64,000 nt of DNA from Pseudomonadota bacterium (GTDB taxonomy: Bacteria; Pseudomonadota; Gammaproteobacteria; Enterobacterales; Vibrionaceae), in assembly GCA_038533895.1 (NCBI GenBank), contig JBCAXU010000006.1, positions 8,874 through 72,873 on the forward strand. The letters run 5' to 3'. Of the stretch, positions 27,068 to 39,669 are shown one piece after another. The position numbers and the translations under genes are program-made. Each line of letters begins with the position of its first letter. Position 1 is the stretch's first letter. Under the pieces are notes generated by a model. The model had not been told where the DNA came from. It did not search any database and saw only the letters and a list, made by a program, of their open reading frames with translations.

Positions 27068-30000
27068 TTATTTCACTGACTCACGAAGCTTTTCGGGCAA
27101 CTTAAACTCCCCTCGACTGCGTGACAACTCTTTCACCTCAGGGTTATCGAGTGGACCTTTAACTTCATAGTTTACTTGAGTAATAACCTCGACGACTGGT
27201 GAGATAACCGTGGTAATAGCCAATACATACAGCGCGGTTTGTGGCGTCACTGCAAACGCGGTAAGCACAGGAATCCCCGAGGTGATATCGGGAGTGAAGT
27301 TCACTTCCGCATCGACGGTTCGAGTATTAAGGTTAGCTAACCCTTTGATGGTCATTTCACCGGCCACGGCATCCATGTTGATATCATTGGTCAGGAACAC
27401 GCCATTACGAATGGAGCCACTGCCAGTAATCGAGTTAAACGCCATCCCTTTGTCAAACACGTCACTAAAGTCAAGCTGCATTTTACGAATGATCGAGTCT
27501 AAACTGAATAAACCCAACAGGCGCGCGGCGCCACTAACATCGGAGATAACGCCTTTGCCTAGCTCTGTCGACACCTCTCCAGACAACGTATCGACTCGCC
27601 CTCGCCATGGGGAGCCATCCCACTCTACTTGAGCCTGAATATCAAACGGAGCACGTTGAATCCCGGTTGTGATGCCAAAACGCTCCATCACATCACTGTT
27701 ATTCTCACCCGACATACTGATATCAAACTGAGTATGACTATTGGTGTCATCTAACGACCACCAGCCGCTGATGTCGACGCGATTGGTCCCACTCTCAAAC
27801 GTCAGTTTTTTCCACTCTAACCTGTCGCCTTGGCGCTGCAAGTCGAGATGCGCCTTGCCGACTCGATACCCTTGCAACCAGAAATCATCAATCGCCAAAG
27901 TAATGTTGGGTAACTGCTGATGTATTTGCCGCTCAGAGGCACTGATAAGAGGTTGCTCAGCAGACTCCACTTCAAACAGTTTCGGTTGCGCCGTCTCTTC
28001 ATCAAGCCCTGGTAGATAAACATGCAAGCGCTCGAGAGCCACCGACAAGTCATAGGGTGCAAGGTAGTTTGCCTCCCCTTTCGCTTCTTGGCTATCTAAG
28101 CTGGCATACCAACCTAAACCCTTACGCCTGGCGCTAAAATCGACATCGTTCCAATCAACCCCACCCAAACGCAGTTCTGTTGCATCAATATCAATCCGAG
28201 TAGGCATCGGGATTTGCGGCGTGTTCATGGTCGCCAACACCGCTTTTGACGGGCCTTGATCAACGGTGAGCATTTCAATCCAATCATCGACATCGACACG
28301 ATTAAGCCTCACTTGAGCCTGATGCCCAACGACAGGACTTATCTTGAAACTGCCTCTTCCCAGCACCAAGTTGGTATCGGTCAGCACAGGAATATCAGGG
28401 CGAATATCGATTTCAGCCTGATACTTAAAGTTAGGCAGTTGTACACGTGCTGTGATGGTCTCTTGGTTACCGGATGCTTGTAGGCGTCCTTTACCTGCTA
28501 CACCCGACTTCTTAGCAAGCGGCTCAGGCAAGTCACTACTAAAAAATTTCAAATCCGCTTCAGTATCGAGCTGATAAGTAAAGCCTACGTCATTGAGTTG
28601 AATATCAATGTCCATCCGCCATGGGGCATGACCATCCAAGGGGCCCAACCAACGCTCACCAAGGTAAGGAACGAAAGGTTTGACGTCCCAATCACCAACC
28701 ATATCAATTGCCACACCGTAGCCTTGAGCAATATTCTCGCCACTAAAGTCAATGGCCACAGACTGACCAAGTAAGGTCGCTTCAAGACCGGCCGCGCTGA
28801 CCACATCATTATCAAACTGAACACGTCCTGACACCGCTTCTAGCGTCATCGGCGGTGTCTCGATTTCAACTTGGTTATTAGCTAAATCCGCATATCCCCA
28901 GGCCCTAGCCTCTCTCTCTTCACTAAACGGAATATTGAGCTGAAAGCTCGACTCGACTTGCCCCTCAACCTGAACGGCAGCAAGCGCTGCGCCCACCGAG
29001 TCAACCAGAGGAGACGCCGTCATGTAATCGCGCACTGCGTTGCCTTGAGCCACCGCTTGAGCTTCAATTTCAATATGACCATCTTCCGCTAACTCTGGAA
29101 TTCGTCCGGTGATGCGTTTCGCAGTCACATCCATCAGTGTGGCACTGTGCGAGTCTAGATACATGGCGTCGTTTTGGAATAGCAAATCCAATTGCAAATC
29201 AGTAATTGGTGGCCAGGCAGTATCAAAACTGAACTTAGCTTGCTCTAGCCCAACCCACGCCTGGAACATGCCATTGTTGTGTTGATAAGGGAAATCGGCC
29301 AACTCCCCGTACCACAGCAGCTTAGCGGTGTTGACTCTACCCGCCTGAATTGCCGTGCTTAAATAATCTGTCAGATTGCGACCCAATGCCAGTGTCGGCA
29401 AGTAGCGCCAGGTTTCTCCCGCGTTATACAGATCCGCTTCAGCATAGAACGACAAGAATGGGCTTTTGTCTTGCTCAACATCCAAGCGAAATGCGCCCAA
29501 CACTTGCAAATCTGGGGTCGCGGCGGTCACTTTGTCGGCCCATATCGACCAGCCATCTTCACCGTTTTGCCAAACGATATCAACTTGACCTTGTTTGATG
29601 TTCAATGGCGCTTGAAATACCTCTCCATACGGCAACACATCGTCAATCAAGCTAACTTGGGCATGAGCTTGATTGAGATTACCAGAAAGGGTGGCTGACA
29701 ATTGATGCACTTCTGGTAACAATGACCACTGCGCCATACTGCCCTGACTTAACTGAGCAGAGTAGCGAATACTATCCCAACCTCCTTCTGCAGCGATTCG
29801 AATATCCTCAACTAAACCGCCCAAAGATAAATCTTGGAGCAATTTGCTCGTTTGCTTAGATTTCGGCGTCAATTTAACCAGCGGCGTCAGGGCAGCGATA
29901 TCGAGTTGAGAGATGTTGAGCCTCCAAGCATCCGGCTGCCAATCAAACGCCAGATCCAATTCAGGCCACGCTTTGTCATCAGTAAACACATCAAGTGAGT

Positions 30001-30937
30001 AACCATTCACTTGCCAGCCATTCTTTGTGGGCTCTAGCTCAAACACGCCTGATTCCAGCAATAACTCATGCTTCTCCCCTTCTTGCCACACAAGCTCAGA
30101 AGGTTGCAGCTCCACGTGAGCACTGACTGGATTGTTCCGCTCCAGCGTCAGCCAACTACTAAAGCTCACTTGCCCTCGCTCTAGCCCCATTTCAGTTTTG
30201 AAATACTGACTTAACCATGGGGTAATAAGCACGTTCTGCGCTGAGAGATAAAACTCACCGCTCACTTCTTGCAGTGAGCCGTGGTCAATGAAATTAGCTT
30301 TGACCTGTGCCGAGTTAACATTGGTGTGCGCCAAGTTGACCTCACCATCGACAAAATGGCGACGCCCCTGGTTTTGCCATTGTAGGCGGGTAATATCTAG
30401 CTCTCTTGGTGTCCCGTCGACGCCAAGAAAGTGAATTTGGGATTGTTTAAGAGAAAAACTATCCAACTGGCGTAGCAGCAATTGGTCGAGCTGCTCGATC
30501 ACGGTTTTTTGGGTGCCTCGTGGGTTAAGTTCTGGTGTTGAAGTACCTTGAGTCCATTCTATTGAGCGTATATCCAACTTGAATTGGTGGATACTCAAGT
30601 CTGCCACCACAGGTTGACGCTCAAGTAATGATTGGAATAGGTCGAGTTCTATTTCGACATTTTGCGCCGAGAAGTGGATACCGCTGCTTTCCGGGGTATC
30701 GGCCGCGACGCCCCGAAGAGAAATGGATGGATGGGTATTGCGCCAAAAACCGTGAATATCTGAAATTTGAAACTCAAGTCCGGTACTTTGGTTCACCCAG
30801 GTTTGAATTTGCGGCTGGAAGTGATTGAGCTTAGGCAGTGCAATACGCAATCCAGTGACGGTCATGGCCAACAAGACCAACACCGTCACCAGCAACCCAA
30901 GAAAGAATCGCGTTATGCGAGTAACCGTAGAGTTCAC
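27068..30937 (-). CDS. yhdP: YhdP (AsmA-like, DUF3971-containing) envelope protein
   Basis: 1289 aa with a single N-terminal TM segment (FFLGLLVTVLVLLAMTVTGL) and a long beta-rich body. It occupies the conserved position downstream of rng, as in E. coli. Confidence 0.85.
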   Translation of the reverse strand: MNSTVTRITRFFLGLLVTVLVLLAMTVTGLRIALPKLNHFQPQIQTWVNQSTGLEFQISDIHGFWRNTHPSISLRGVAADTPESSGIHFSAQNVEIELDLFQSLLERQPVVADLSIHQFKLDIRSIEWTQGTSTPELNPRGTQKTVIEQLDQLLLRQLDSFSLKQSQIHFLGVDGTPRELDITRLQWQNQGRRHFVDGEVNLAHTNVNSAQVKANFIDHGSLQEVSGEFYLSAQNVLITPWLSQYFKTEMGLERGQVSFSSWLTLERNNPVSAHVELQPSELVWQEGEKHELLLESGVFELEPTKNGWQVNGYSLDVFTDDKAWPELDLAFDWQPDAWRLNISQLDIAALTPLVKLTPKSKQTSKLLQDLSLGGLVEDIRIAAEGGWDSIRYSAQLSQGSMAQWSLLPEVHQLSATLSGNLNQAHAQVSLIDDVLPYGEVFQAPLNIKQGQVDIVWQNGEDGWSIWADKVTAATPDLQVLGAFRLDVEQDKSPFLSFYAEADLYNAGETWRYLPTLALGRNLTDYLSTAIQAGRVNTAKLLWYGELADFPYQHNNGMFQAWVGLEQAKFSFDTAWPPITDLQLDLLFQNDAMYLDSHSATLMDVTAKRITGRIPELAEDGHIEIEAQAVAQGNAVRDYMTASPLVDSVGAALAAVQVEGQVESSFQLNIPFSEEREARAWGYADLANNQVEIETPPMTLEAVSGRVQFDNDVVSAAGLEATLLGQSVAIDFSGENIAQGYGVAIDMVGDWDVKPFVPYLGERWLGPLDGHAPWRMDIDIQLNDVGFTYQLDTEADLKFFSSDLPEPLAKKSGVAGKGRLQASGNQETITARVQLPNFKYQAEIDIRPDIPVLTDTNLVLGRGSFKISPVVGHQAQVRLNRVDVDDWIEMLTVDQGPSKAVLATMNTPQIPMPTRIDIDATELRLGGVDWNDVDFSARRKGLGWYASLDSQEAKGEANYLAPYDLSVALERLHVYLPGLDEETAQPKLFEVESAEQPLISASERQIHQQLPNITLAIDDFWLQGYRVGKAHLDLQRQGDRLEWKKLTFESGTNRVDISGWWSLDDTNSHTQFDISMSGENNSDVMERFGITTGIQRAPFDIQAQVEWDGSPWRGRVDTLSGEVSTELGKGVISDVSGAARLLGLFSLDSIIRKMQLDFSDVFDKGMAFNSITGSGSIRNGVFLTNDINMDAVAGEMTIKGLANLNTRTVDAEVNFTPDITSGIPVLTAFAVTPQTALYVLAITTVISPVVEVITQVNYEVKGPLDNPEVKELSRSRGEFKLPEKLRESVK

Positions 30938-30946
30938 AATACGCCT

Positions 30947-32416
30947 TTACATCATCACAACGTCAAATTGCTCTTGAATATACAAAGGCTCCGCTTGAAT
31001 CTTCACTTGCTTACTAATAAACACCTCCAACTCAGCAAGGGCATGAGACTCTTCCCCTTGCAAAGCCTCTGCCACGGCTGGTGAAGCATAGACCACAAAT
31101 TTGTCGGCGTCGTAGGCGCGGTTGACTCGGGTGATTTCGCGCAGAATTTCATAGCACACCGACTCTACCGTTTTCACGCTGCCTCTCCCTTCACAGGTAG
31201 GACAGGTCGAGCACAAGACATGTTCGATGCTCTCTCGGGTGCGCTTGCGAGTCATCTCAACAAGGCCTAACTGAGTGAAACCATTGATGTTAGTTTTGAC
31301 CCGATCTTTGTTCAGCGCTGACTCCAACGAAGACAGGACTCGGTTGCGGTGTTCATCCGACACCATATCAATAAAGTCTATAATAATGATACCACCAAGA
31401 TTGCGCAGGCGAAGTTGGCGAGCAATAGCTTGTGTTGCTTCAATATTGGTATTGAAAATGGTCTCTTCGAGATTACGACGACCAACAAACGCCCCCGTAT
31501 TGATATCCACGGTGGTCATCGCTTCGGTTTGGTCGATGATCAAATAACCGCCCGATTTGAGCTCCACTTTACGCTCTAAGGAGCGTTGAATCTCGTTCTC
31601 GGTGTCGTACATATCGAAGATCGGTTTATCGCCTTCGTAAAGTTCTAACTTGTCGGTGAGCTCTGGTACGTATTCAGAGGTAAACTCTTTAAGGTTTTCA
31701 AACTCCTGACGCGAGTCGACCAAGATTTTATTTAGCTCGGTGCCGACAAAGTCACGCAAGATTCGTTGTGATAAGCCGAGCTCGCCATAAAGGGTCGAGC
31801 GGGTTTTGTACTTGCTGCGTCGCTCAGTCACTTTTGACCATAGACGTTTAAGAAATGCCGCGTCTTGAGAAAGCTCTTTTTCATCAGCGCCCTCGGCGGC
31901 GGTGCGAATAATAAAGCCGCCGTTTTCGTCGCAATAATGACCAACCACTTTCTTCAAGCGGTTGCGTTCTGCTTCGCTTTCAATACGTTGCGATACGCCA
32001 ACGTGGCTCGCCCCTGGCATAAACACCAGATAGCGCGATGGCAAAGTGATATCAGTGGTTAAGCGTGCGCCTTTGGTACCCAGTGGATCTTTGACCACTT
32101 GCACCACAATATCTTGCCCTTGGCGAACCAGTTCAGAGATATCTCGAACCTGAAACTGCTGCTTTTCGTTTTCTGCCACGCACTCAGTGTGGGGCACAAT
32201 ATCAGACGCATGCAAGAACGCGGCTTTTTCTAAGCCAATATCGACAAAGGCCGCCTGCATTCCCGGCAATACTCGGCTCACTTTGCCTTTGTAAATATTG
32301 CCGACGATGCCACGCTTGGCTTCTCGCTCGACATGAATTTCTTGGAGGCTACCCCCCTCTATCATGGCCACACGAGTTTCACTCGGGGTCACGTTAATCA
32401 ACAACTCTGCACTCAT
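30947..32416 (-). CDS. rng: Ribonuclease G
   Basis: 489 aa with an N-terminal S1 domain (GNIYKGKVSRVLPGMQAAFVDIG), an RNase E/G catalytic core, and the Zn-link-like CPTCEGRG. Confidence 0.95.
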   Translation of the reverse strand: MSAELLINVTPSETRVAMIEGGSLQEIHVEREAKRGIVGNIYKGKVSRVLPGMQAAFVDIGLEKAAFLHASDIVPHTECVAENEKQQFQVRDISELVRQGQDIVVQVVKDPLGTKGARLTTDITLPSRYLVFMPGASHVGVSQRIESEAERNRLKKVVGHYCDENGGFIIRTAAEGADEKELSQDAAFLKRLWSKVTERRSKYKTRSTLYGELGLSQRILRDFVGTELNKILVDSRQEFENLKEFTSEYVPELTDKLELYEGDKPIFDMYDTENEIQRSLERKVELKSGGYLIIDQTEAMTTVDINTGAFVGRRNLEETIFNTNIEATQAIARQLRLRNLGGIIIIDFIDMVSDEHRNRVLSSLESALNKDRVKTNINGFTQLGLVEMTRKRTRESIEHVLCSTCPTCEGRGSVKTVESVCYEILREITRVNRAYDADKFVVYASPAVAEALQGEESHALAELEVFISKQVKIQAEPLYIQEQFDVVMM

Positions 32417-32435
32417 GAGCGCACCTCAAAAATAA

Positions 32436-32996
32436 TTATAAAAATTTGCGCAAGAGCTGGTCAGTTTCATACAAAGGTAAGCCGACTACGGCGTAATAAC
32501 TCCCTTCTATCCGGGTTACAAATCGCCCACCCAGACCTTGAATACCATAACTACCAGCTTTATCGCATGGCTCGCCCGTTTGCCAATATTGTTCTATTTC
32601 TTGCTCTGACAAGGGCTTAAACCAAACGTCTGTGGTCACAACCACAGTTTCTTGAATCTCTTGTGTGGCGACAGTCACCGCTGTCATCACTTGATGTGCC
32701 CGATTGGAAAGCATCAACAACATCTGTTTAGCATGCGCCAAGTCATCCGGCTTTTCCAATACCTTATCGTCACACACCACAATAGTATCTGAGCCAATCA
32801 CGACAGCATCGGGGTCGAGTAAGACCGCCGCCATCGCTTTGTCTTTAGATAAACGCGCCACATAGTCAAACGCACCTTCGCTTTCTTGACGCCGCTCTTC
32901 CACATCGGTTTTAAGCACCGAAAAAGTGTAACCTAGCTGGGTTAGTAGCTCTTTACGTCGCGGCGACCCAGACGCCAGAATCAAACGGTGTTTCAT
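32436..32996 (-). CDS. maf: Maf-like nucleoside triphosphate pyrophosphatase (YhdE)
   Basis: 186 aa with the N-terminal LILASGSPRRKELL motif. It sits between mreD and rng, as in E. coli. Confidence 0.9.
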   Translation of the reverse strand: MKHRLILASGSPRRKELLTQLGYTFSVLKTDVEERRQESEGAFDYVARLSKDKAMAAVLLDPDAVVIGSDTIVVCDDKVLEKPDDLAHAKQMLLMLSNRAHQVMTAVTVATQEIQETVVVTTDVWFKPLSEQEIEQYWQTGEPCDKAGSYGIQGLGGRFVTRIEGSYYAVVGLPLYETDQLLRKFL

Positions 32997-32999
32997 TTT

Positions 33000-33488
33000 C
33001 TATCTTATATGCCAGTGGCGTCGCACTCGACGCATCAACAAAAACATCCAAGGCCACAAAATGCAGTTGATCAAACCGCTCCATAAAGAAACGGGATTGA
33101 AGGTGACATCTTGAATTAAGTATTCACCAAAGAAGATCAGTACATCGAGTAACATCGACATCGCGCCAATCAAAATGGCCTGCTGCCATAGCGCCATATT
33201 ACGCACCACAAGGAAATTGAGCGCGACTAGGTATATGACGATCGACATCATCATACCGCGAATACCCAAAGTGGAGCCGAGCAGCAGATCCCACAGCAAG
33301 CCCAAGATCAAGGCAGATCCGACATTAACTCGATGCGGCAGCGCCAGCACCCAATAACAAGTGACCAACAACAGCCAAGATGGACGCAATAAATCGAGCA
33401 TACCTGGCCAAGGGATAGTTTGCAGGGTCAACGCGATCAAAAACGATCCGCTCATGACAAGCTTGCCCTTTAAGACACTATTGGCCAT
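33000..33488 (-). CDS. mreD: Rod shape-determining protein MreD
   Basis: 162-aa polytopic membrane protein. Its ATG overlaps the mreC stop codon (TAATG). Confidence 0.9.
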   Translation of the reverse strand: MANSVLKGKLVMSGSFLIALTLQTIPWPGMLDLLRPSWLLLVTCYWVLALPHRVNVGSALILGLLWDLLLGSTLGIRGMMMSIVIYLVALNFLVVRNMALWQQAILIGAMSMLLDVLIFFGEYLIQDVTFNPVSLWSGLINCILWPWMFLLMRRVRRHWHIR

Positions 33489-34363
33489 TACTGAGGCTCC
33501 TCCACATTGTCAGGTAATGCCTGTTGAATTTTCTCTTGACGAGAATCATTCGGCCATATCAAAAGCAAATAACGTAGACGCTCAAAATCGACCACCGGCT
33601 CAGCTTCGATAACAGCAAATTCGCGAGCGGTATCACGCTCGACGTTAGCGACATGTGCAACGGGAAAGCCTTCTGGATAGATCCCGCCTAAGCCTGAGGT
33701 AACTAACAGATCTCCCTGTTCAATATCGAGACTGATCGGAATATGGTCGAGGTTGATCCGGTCCGTTTTACCGTTCCCTGAAGCAATAACACGAATGTCG
33801 TTACGAATCACTTGTACTGGAATCGCGCTCAGGCTGTCGGTTAACAGTAGCACTCGGCTGTTATGAGCTGAAACAAACGTCACTTGTCCGACGATGCCTT
33901 TCTCATTTGCCACAGGCTGACCCACGTAGACGCCATCGATTTGCCCTTTATCAATCACCACTTGGTGGCGATACGGCGAAGTATCGACCGCCATCACTTC
34001 AGTCACGACTTTGCGTTCATCGCGAATAAATGAAGAACCAAGCAACTTACGCAATCTTTGGTTCTCTTCTCGATACTGATCCAACAGCAATAAATCATTT
34101 TTAAGGCGCAGCACTTCACGTTTCAGTGTGCGCGTACTTTCCATGTAATCCTGACGGATATTGAAGCGTTCATAAGCCCCTTCAAACATCACTCGTGGAA
34201 CGTCGGCCAAATACTGGATAGGCGCAACCATACTATTGAGTAAATAGCGTACTTGGGCAAACGCGCCTAAACGACTATCAGCCAGCATAAGGCTGGCTGA
34301 TAGAATAACGGCAAAAAATAGACGTAACTGAAGTGAAGGTCCCCGGCCAAAAATCGGCTTCAT
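33488..34363 (-). CDS. mreC: Rod shape-determining protein MreC
   Basis: 291 aa with an N-terminal TM segment, a coiled-coil (LKNDLLLLDQYREENQRLRKLL) and beta-rich domains. Confidence 0.93.
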   Translation of the reverse strand: MKPIFGRGPSLQLRLFFAVILSASLMLADSRLGAFAQVRYLLNSMVAPIQYLADVPRVMFEGAYERFNIRQDYMESTRTLKREVLRLKNDLLLLDQYREENQRLRKLLGSSFIRDERKVVTEVMAVDTSPYRHQVVIDKGQIDGVYVGQPVANEKGIVGQVTFVSAHNSRVLLLTDSLSAIPVQVIRNDIRVIASGNGKTDRINLDHIPISLDIEQGDLLVTSGLGGIYPEGFPVAHVANVERDTAREFAVIEAEPVVDFERLRYLLLIWPNDSRQEKIQQALPDNVEEPQ

Positions 34364-34414
34364 AGAGTATGAGATCCTTATCTTACGGTTCTTGGCATCG
34401 CCAAGAGGTTTCGA

Positions 34415-35540
<1,126 letters not shown>

Positions 35541-35610
35541 AAGTGTAAACATGGGCTGAAACACGCAATTTCTAACAGATTCCTAACGATGGGCAAAAAA
35601 ATAACAAAAA

Positions 35611-38600
35611 TTACTGCCCAGTTAGCCCAGGCTCACCACGGAAGATAACCCGATCATTGCCGCGGAAAATACCAAACGTGACCACTGCTGATGGATCTTC
35701 CTCACCATCGACTTCACTTCGATTTGTGTCTTGCCAACGATAGCGTAGCCAAGGTGCCGAGTTAGTACCACTTTGCAACTCAAGCCAAACTTGAGTTTGC
35801 TGCCGAACAGGCGCAGATTGAGCAACTGTAATTGAGTTGGATTGACCACTCGTGACACTACCGCCCGCAGCAAGTGTCACATCCGCTGCTGTGGCACCAT
35901 TTTCAACCCAAATATCATTATTTGAGCTTTCAATGTTAATGCCAAACAAACGGCTGCTACTGTCATCACTATGAACGACAAAGTTACTACCGTCCCAATA
36001 CTCGACGCGAAGTGGGATATTTATAGTGCTAGAGGTAACGCCTCCAACGCTGTCGAGCACAGCTCGACCAAAAACAAGCTTTGGCTGAGTGCTCAACAGC
36101 TGTGGCTGAACACCAGTGCCTGACGGATACGAAATAGGATCAACGTTATTAATTCCTGCATCAGTGATGGAAATCGATGATGGAGTTCCAGCTAGAGTAT
36201 TGAAAGGTCCATCTTGATAGTCTTCACTGGCCTCCGCTTTCGCCCAGCATAGTTCACTGCTACAACTGGGTGATGGCGAACTATTATTCAAGCTAAACGT
36301 ACCTAAACTTCTGCTACCATCGACTACCCAGCTCTTACTTGGGGTTGGCGAGAAAAATCGACTTACGTAACTGCTATTCGACTCATACAGGGCGAAACTA
36401 GCAGTAACACTACTATCAAACCGGCCATAATTTTGTACCGTATTACCCTGAGTGTTTAAGGCCTCAACATAAAACTCAACGCCTTCGAATGGCTGATTCA
36501 TATAAGCGAAAGTCTGTTCACTCAAACCGCTGCCTGGATAATTCCAAATCGTATCCCCGGTGACTTGAAAATACTTCGGATAGAAGCGCCCGACATTGCG
36601 ATAACCCTGATTAATACCCTGTCCAAAATAACCTCCAATAATGACTCCATCGGCGTTCAACTTGAGGCTACCGACCTCACTCCATATTAAGTTGCTAATT
36701 TGATACGGGCTCACTGGCGATTTTGCATTAGGCACTGCAGCTGCTGGTAATAAACCATCTACCCCACCGGCAGGTGAAGCGACCTCACTCGATAATGACA
36801 CCGTGACCGAAGGAGACTGAGCATTAAAAAAGTTCTGGGTCATTAGATTTGTATTGCAAAACGACGATGTTTCTATCGGAACATTTGCGTTTTCCTGCCC
36901 TGGAGAACCACTCCACCGAATGGGCAGCACATCCACGGAAAAAGACTCGCCCGCGGCAACAAAACCATTACCACCATCTGAGGTACCGTTTTGCAGTGCT
37001 GCTTCACCGCTCAATGAGCTATCGCAAATAGCGAATGTCCAAGGGCGTGACCTCACAATAAACTGGCCTGTCAACTCACTAAATCCACCATCAAGCGGAC
37101 AGTCATCAAACCCTGAACAGTTGTATCGGCTGTCGGTCAGGGTCACAAGTAATTGACCCGTTTCATCGAATGACAAAACACTTGAGCTTCGACCTGAATT
37201 AAACTCAGGAGAGTAACTCAGGACGCCGACTCCTGTCGCTGGTATTTGTAAGTTGCTAGAGACACTCGGGATGCCCGAGTAGTTGGAATCGACTGTAGAC
37301 GAACCGTCATTGCAAGCCAATACTCTAGCTGAGGTTTCCTGAGTCCTACCTGCAATCACACTTAAGTCATCAACATCAAACTTAAATGGGACGAACTTAA
37401 ACTCACCCGACGTCGCGCTATCGGTTTGGTTTCCGTCCAGTATCGCTCGTGCATAGATACCACTTTTGGTACCAGAGCTGCTTGCTCCTAGTTGAAAGGT
37501 GGCAACACCAGACCTTGCCGTTTCAGCCCCCAGAAGCCCGCCCGAATCGCGAAACTCAATACGACCATTGAAACTGCTATCGACGACATCGTTGTTGTAC
37601 ACGGTTGCATTAATGGCAATATTTTCGCAGATCAGCGCAATATCAGAGGTCGGATCAAGACGAATCTCATAATTGTTGCTTGGCGGCAGACCACATTCGT
37701 TATCGCGATTAATCACTGAGGCACTGCCTTGTAAAGAGAGCACTCGAGCAGTGAGCGTTCCTTCTACACGAGCAGACCCTGACAAAGTGAGAGAATCACG
37801 GCTAAACATAGACGCTTTAATTGGGTTGGGGTTGTCCGTTGCTATTGAAACAGAAGCACTTTGCGTCCCATTTTCGGCCCAAATAAACAATGACCCATTT
37901 GGTGAAGACACTTCAACCTTGCTACCACCACTAATGCTCAGTCGGTTGACTTTTAAAATAGTGTTGTTGGGAAATATGATGGTCGCCCCCGCAGAAACCG
38001 TCAGTTCACCAATTTGATATTCACCAGCAGGGAATCGGTATGTGCCGGTTTGAATCGTAAGTCTTCGATATTTTGTATTGGGCACATCTTCAACAGAAGG
38101 ATTCCAGCCGAGGTTCGCAGTAGTGTTACCCGTATCGATCGTAATTACATCGGGGGTAGGGACCAGTAGCTGTGAGTTGGCAATACACTCTTTACCATCA
38201 CATGCTGTTTGAGTTTGAAACGCCTTATTGACTCGACCGAAGCCGACCTCACCCAATAAATCTTTGGTACCAATAACAGATGCGCCGCCTCCAAATGTAA
38301 TACTTGAGTTGCTCGCATTGACCCAACTCTGCACAGCGTATGGTGCGACTTCACAAACATCAGGAAGATTGTTCGCAAACGCAAAATAACCACTTTTTTC
38401 AGGCAGGTGGGTCCGGTCAGAAAAATCCTCATCAACAACAAAACTAAACTGATTACCATTGATCTGACAACGCCTTAACCAGCCACCATGACCTCCTCGA
38501 CGTTCTTGTTTGTTGATGATTAAACCTTCAATCTTGGTTAGTGAAGTACTGTGTAAATCGTTACAAGCGCTCAGCAAGCTACCTTGTTGTTTGGCGGTTT

Positions 38601-39666
38601 CTCGGCCAATTTGGAAGTTGAAACCGTCATCTGAGAGAACTCCAGATGTCGTCATAGCGGCCAAAAATGCGATTCGCTCTGGCTGAGAAATGTTGGTCGA
38701 GGATGCGCTCAGCTCGACAAACATTCTCACCGAGGAGCGATTAGGCTGCAAAATACCGGATGTTTTCCAGTTGTTATTATTGTTGGTCTGGATTTGATGC
38801 AGTACAACGGGATCTTGAGAAAAACGCTCAAAGCCAAATTCGGAGAAGTCAATGCGCTCACTGCTATCGGGCCCGCTTTTAGAGGCACGAGCTTGAGTAT
38901 CGATATAGCCCGCAACAAATTGATGTCCACCAATAGTCTGAATACCGGGTTCCATAACGAAATAGGATATTTCGGTCATGGCTTGACTGGCTCGATTAGG
39001 TAACGCATCTAACTGCTCAATTGTAACACTGGTCTTTGAAACAGAAGTGACATTGACAGTTGCCGGTCCATCTCCATCAGGATCGCTTGAATCAATGGTG
39101 GGCATAACAAAAACCAGAGGCGTATAGCTGTAGCTTTTTTGCAGTGGGATCGTACAAGCACCGGAGCCGGTGCAACGGGCTACACCAAACTCATACTGGG
39201 CATCCTCACTATAAGTTGGTGGCGGAGTTACATCTCCTGGAGTGCAGCTCAGTGACTCTAATCCAACACCAACACCGTTGATCGTACCACTTTTTAGATC
39301 TGCATCTTTGCTCTCTTGATACTCCTTGTTACCATTCACTATCCAGTAGTAATGAGCACGACTGCTGCTGCCTTGGCCTCTTTCAACCTCTATCCTGATC
39401 TTGTAGTTTTCTCCGACAACGAGCCTTTGCTCATTAAATACATAACTAGGTCCACTTTTTTCCTGTTGCGTATACCAAAGCGTATCGGACTCATTTCCTC
39501 CAGAGAAGACCACCTCTTGATAGTTAGTGGATCCTCTTACATCAAACTCCACCACAAAGTCTTGGTTATTGCCAATGATCCTACACGTTAAGTTGGCGGC
39601 AAAAGCACCTGAGCTAATGAATAGCATAAGTAAAGAGCAAGTAAGCCAGCTAGTTCTACCAATCAT
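35611..39666 (-). CDS. mshQ: MSHA biogenesis protein MshQ (large secreted protein, 1351 aa)
   Basis: Signal peptide MIGRTSWLTCSLLMLFISSGAFA. It is Ser/Thr/Gly/Asn-rich and beta-type, and it is the last gene of the pilin-gene row, in the MshQ position. Confidence 0.8.
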   Translation of the reverse strand: MIGRTSWLTCSLLMLFISSGAFAANLTCRIIGNNQDFVVEFDVRGSTNYQEVVFSGGNESDTLWYTQQEKSGPSYVFNEQRLVVGENYKIRIEVERGQGSSSRAHYYWIVNGNKEYQESKDADLKSGTINGVGVGLESLSCTPGDVTPPPTYSEDAQYEFGVARCTGSGACTIPLQKSYSYTPLVFVMPTIDSSDPDGDGPATVNVTSVSKTSVTIEQLDALPNRASQAMTEISYFVMEPGIQTIGGHQFVAGYIDTQARASKSGPDSSERIDFSEFGFERFSQDPVVLHQIQTNNNNNWKTSGILQPNRSSVRMFVELSASSTNISQPERIAFLAAMTTSGVLSDDGFNFQIGRETAKQQGSLLSACNDLHSTSLTKIEGLIINKQERRGGHGGWLRRCQINGNQFSFVVDEDFSDRTHLPEKSGYFAFANNLPDVCEVAPYAVQSWVNASNSSITFGGGASVIGTKDLLGEVGFGRVNKAFQTQTACDGKECIANSQLLVPTPDVITIDTGNTTANLGWNPSVEDVPNTKYRRLTIQTGTYRFPAGEYQIGELTVSAGATIIFPNNTILKVNRLSISGGSKVEVSSPNGSLFIWAENGTQSASVSIATDNPNPIKASMFSRDSLTLSGSARVEGTLTARVLSLQGSASVINRDNECGLPPSNNYEIRLDPTSDIALICENIAINATVYNNDVVDSSFNGRIEFRDSGGLLGAETARSGVATFQLGASSSGTKSGIYARAILDGNQTDSATSGEFKFVPFKFDVDDLSVIAGRTQETSARVLACNDGSSTVDSNYSGIPSVSSNLQIPATGVGVLSYSPEFNSGRSSSVLSFDETGQLLVTLTDSRYNCSGFDDCPLDGGFSELTGQFIVRSRPWTFAICDSSLSGEAALQNGTSDGGNGFVAAGESFSVDVLPIRWSGSPGQENANVPIETSSFCNTNLMTQNFFNAQSPSVTVSLSSEVASPAGGVDGLLPAAAVPNAKSPVSPYQISNLIWSEVGSLKLNADGVIIGGYFGQGINQGYRNVGRFYPKYFQVTGDTIWNYPGSGLSEQTFAYMNQPFEGVEFYVEALNTQGNTVQNYGRFDSSVTASFALYESNSSYVSRFFSPTPSKSWVVDGSRSLGTFSLNNSSPSPSCSSELCWAKAEASEDYQDGPFNTLAGTPSSISITDAGINNVDPISYPSGTGVQPQLLSTQPKLVFGRAVLDSVGGVTSSTINIPLRVEYWDGSNFVVHSDDSSSRLFGINIESSNNDIWVENGATAADVTLAAGGSVTSGQSNSITVAQSAPVRQQTQVWLELQSGTNSAPWLRYRWQDTNRSEVDGEEDPSAVVTFGIFRGNDRVIFRGEPGLTGQ

Positions 39667-39669
39667 TGT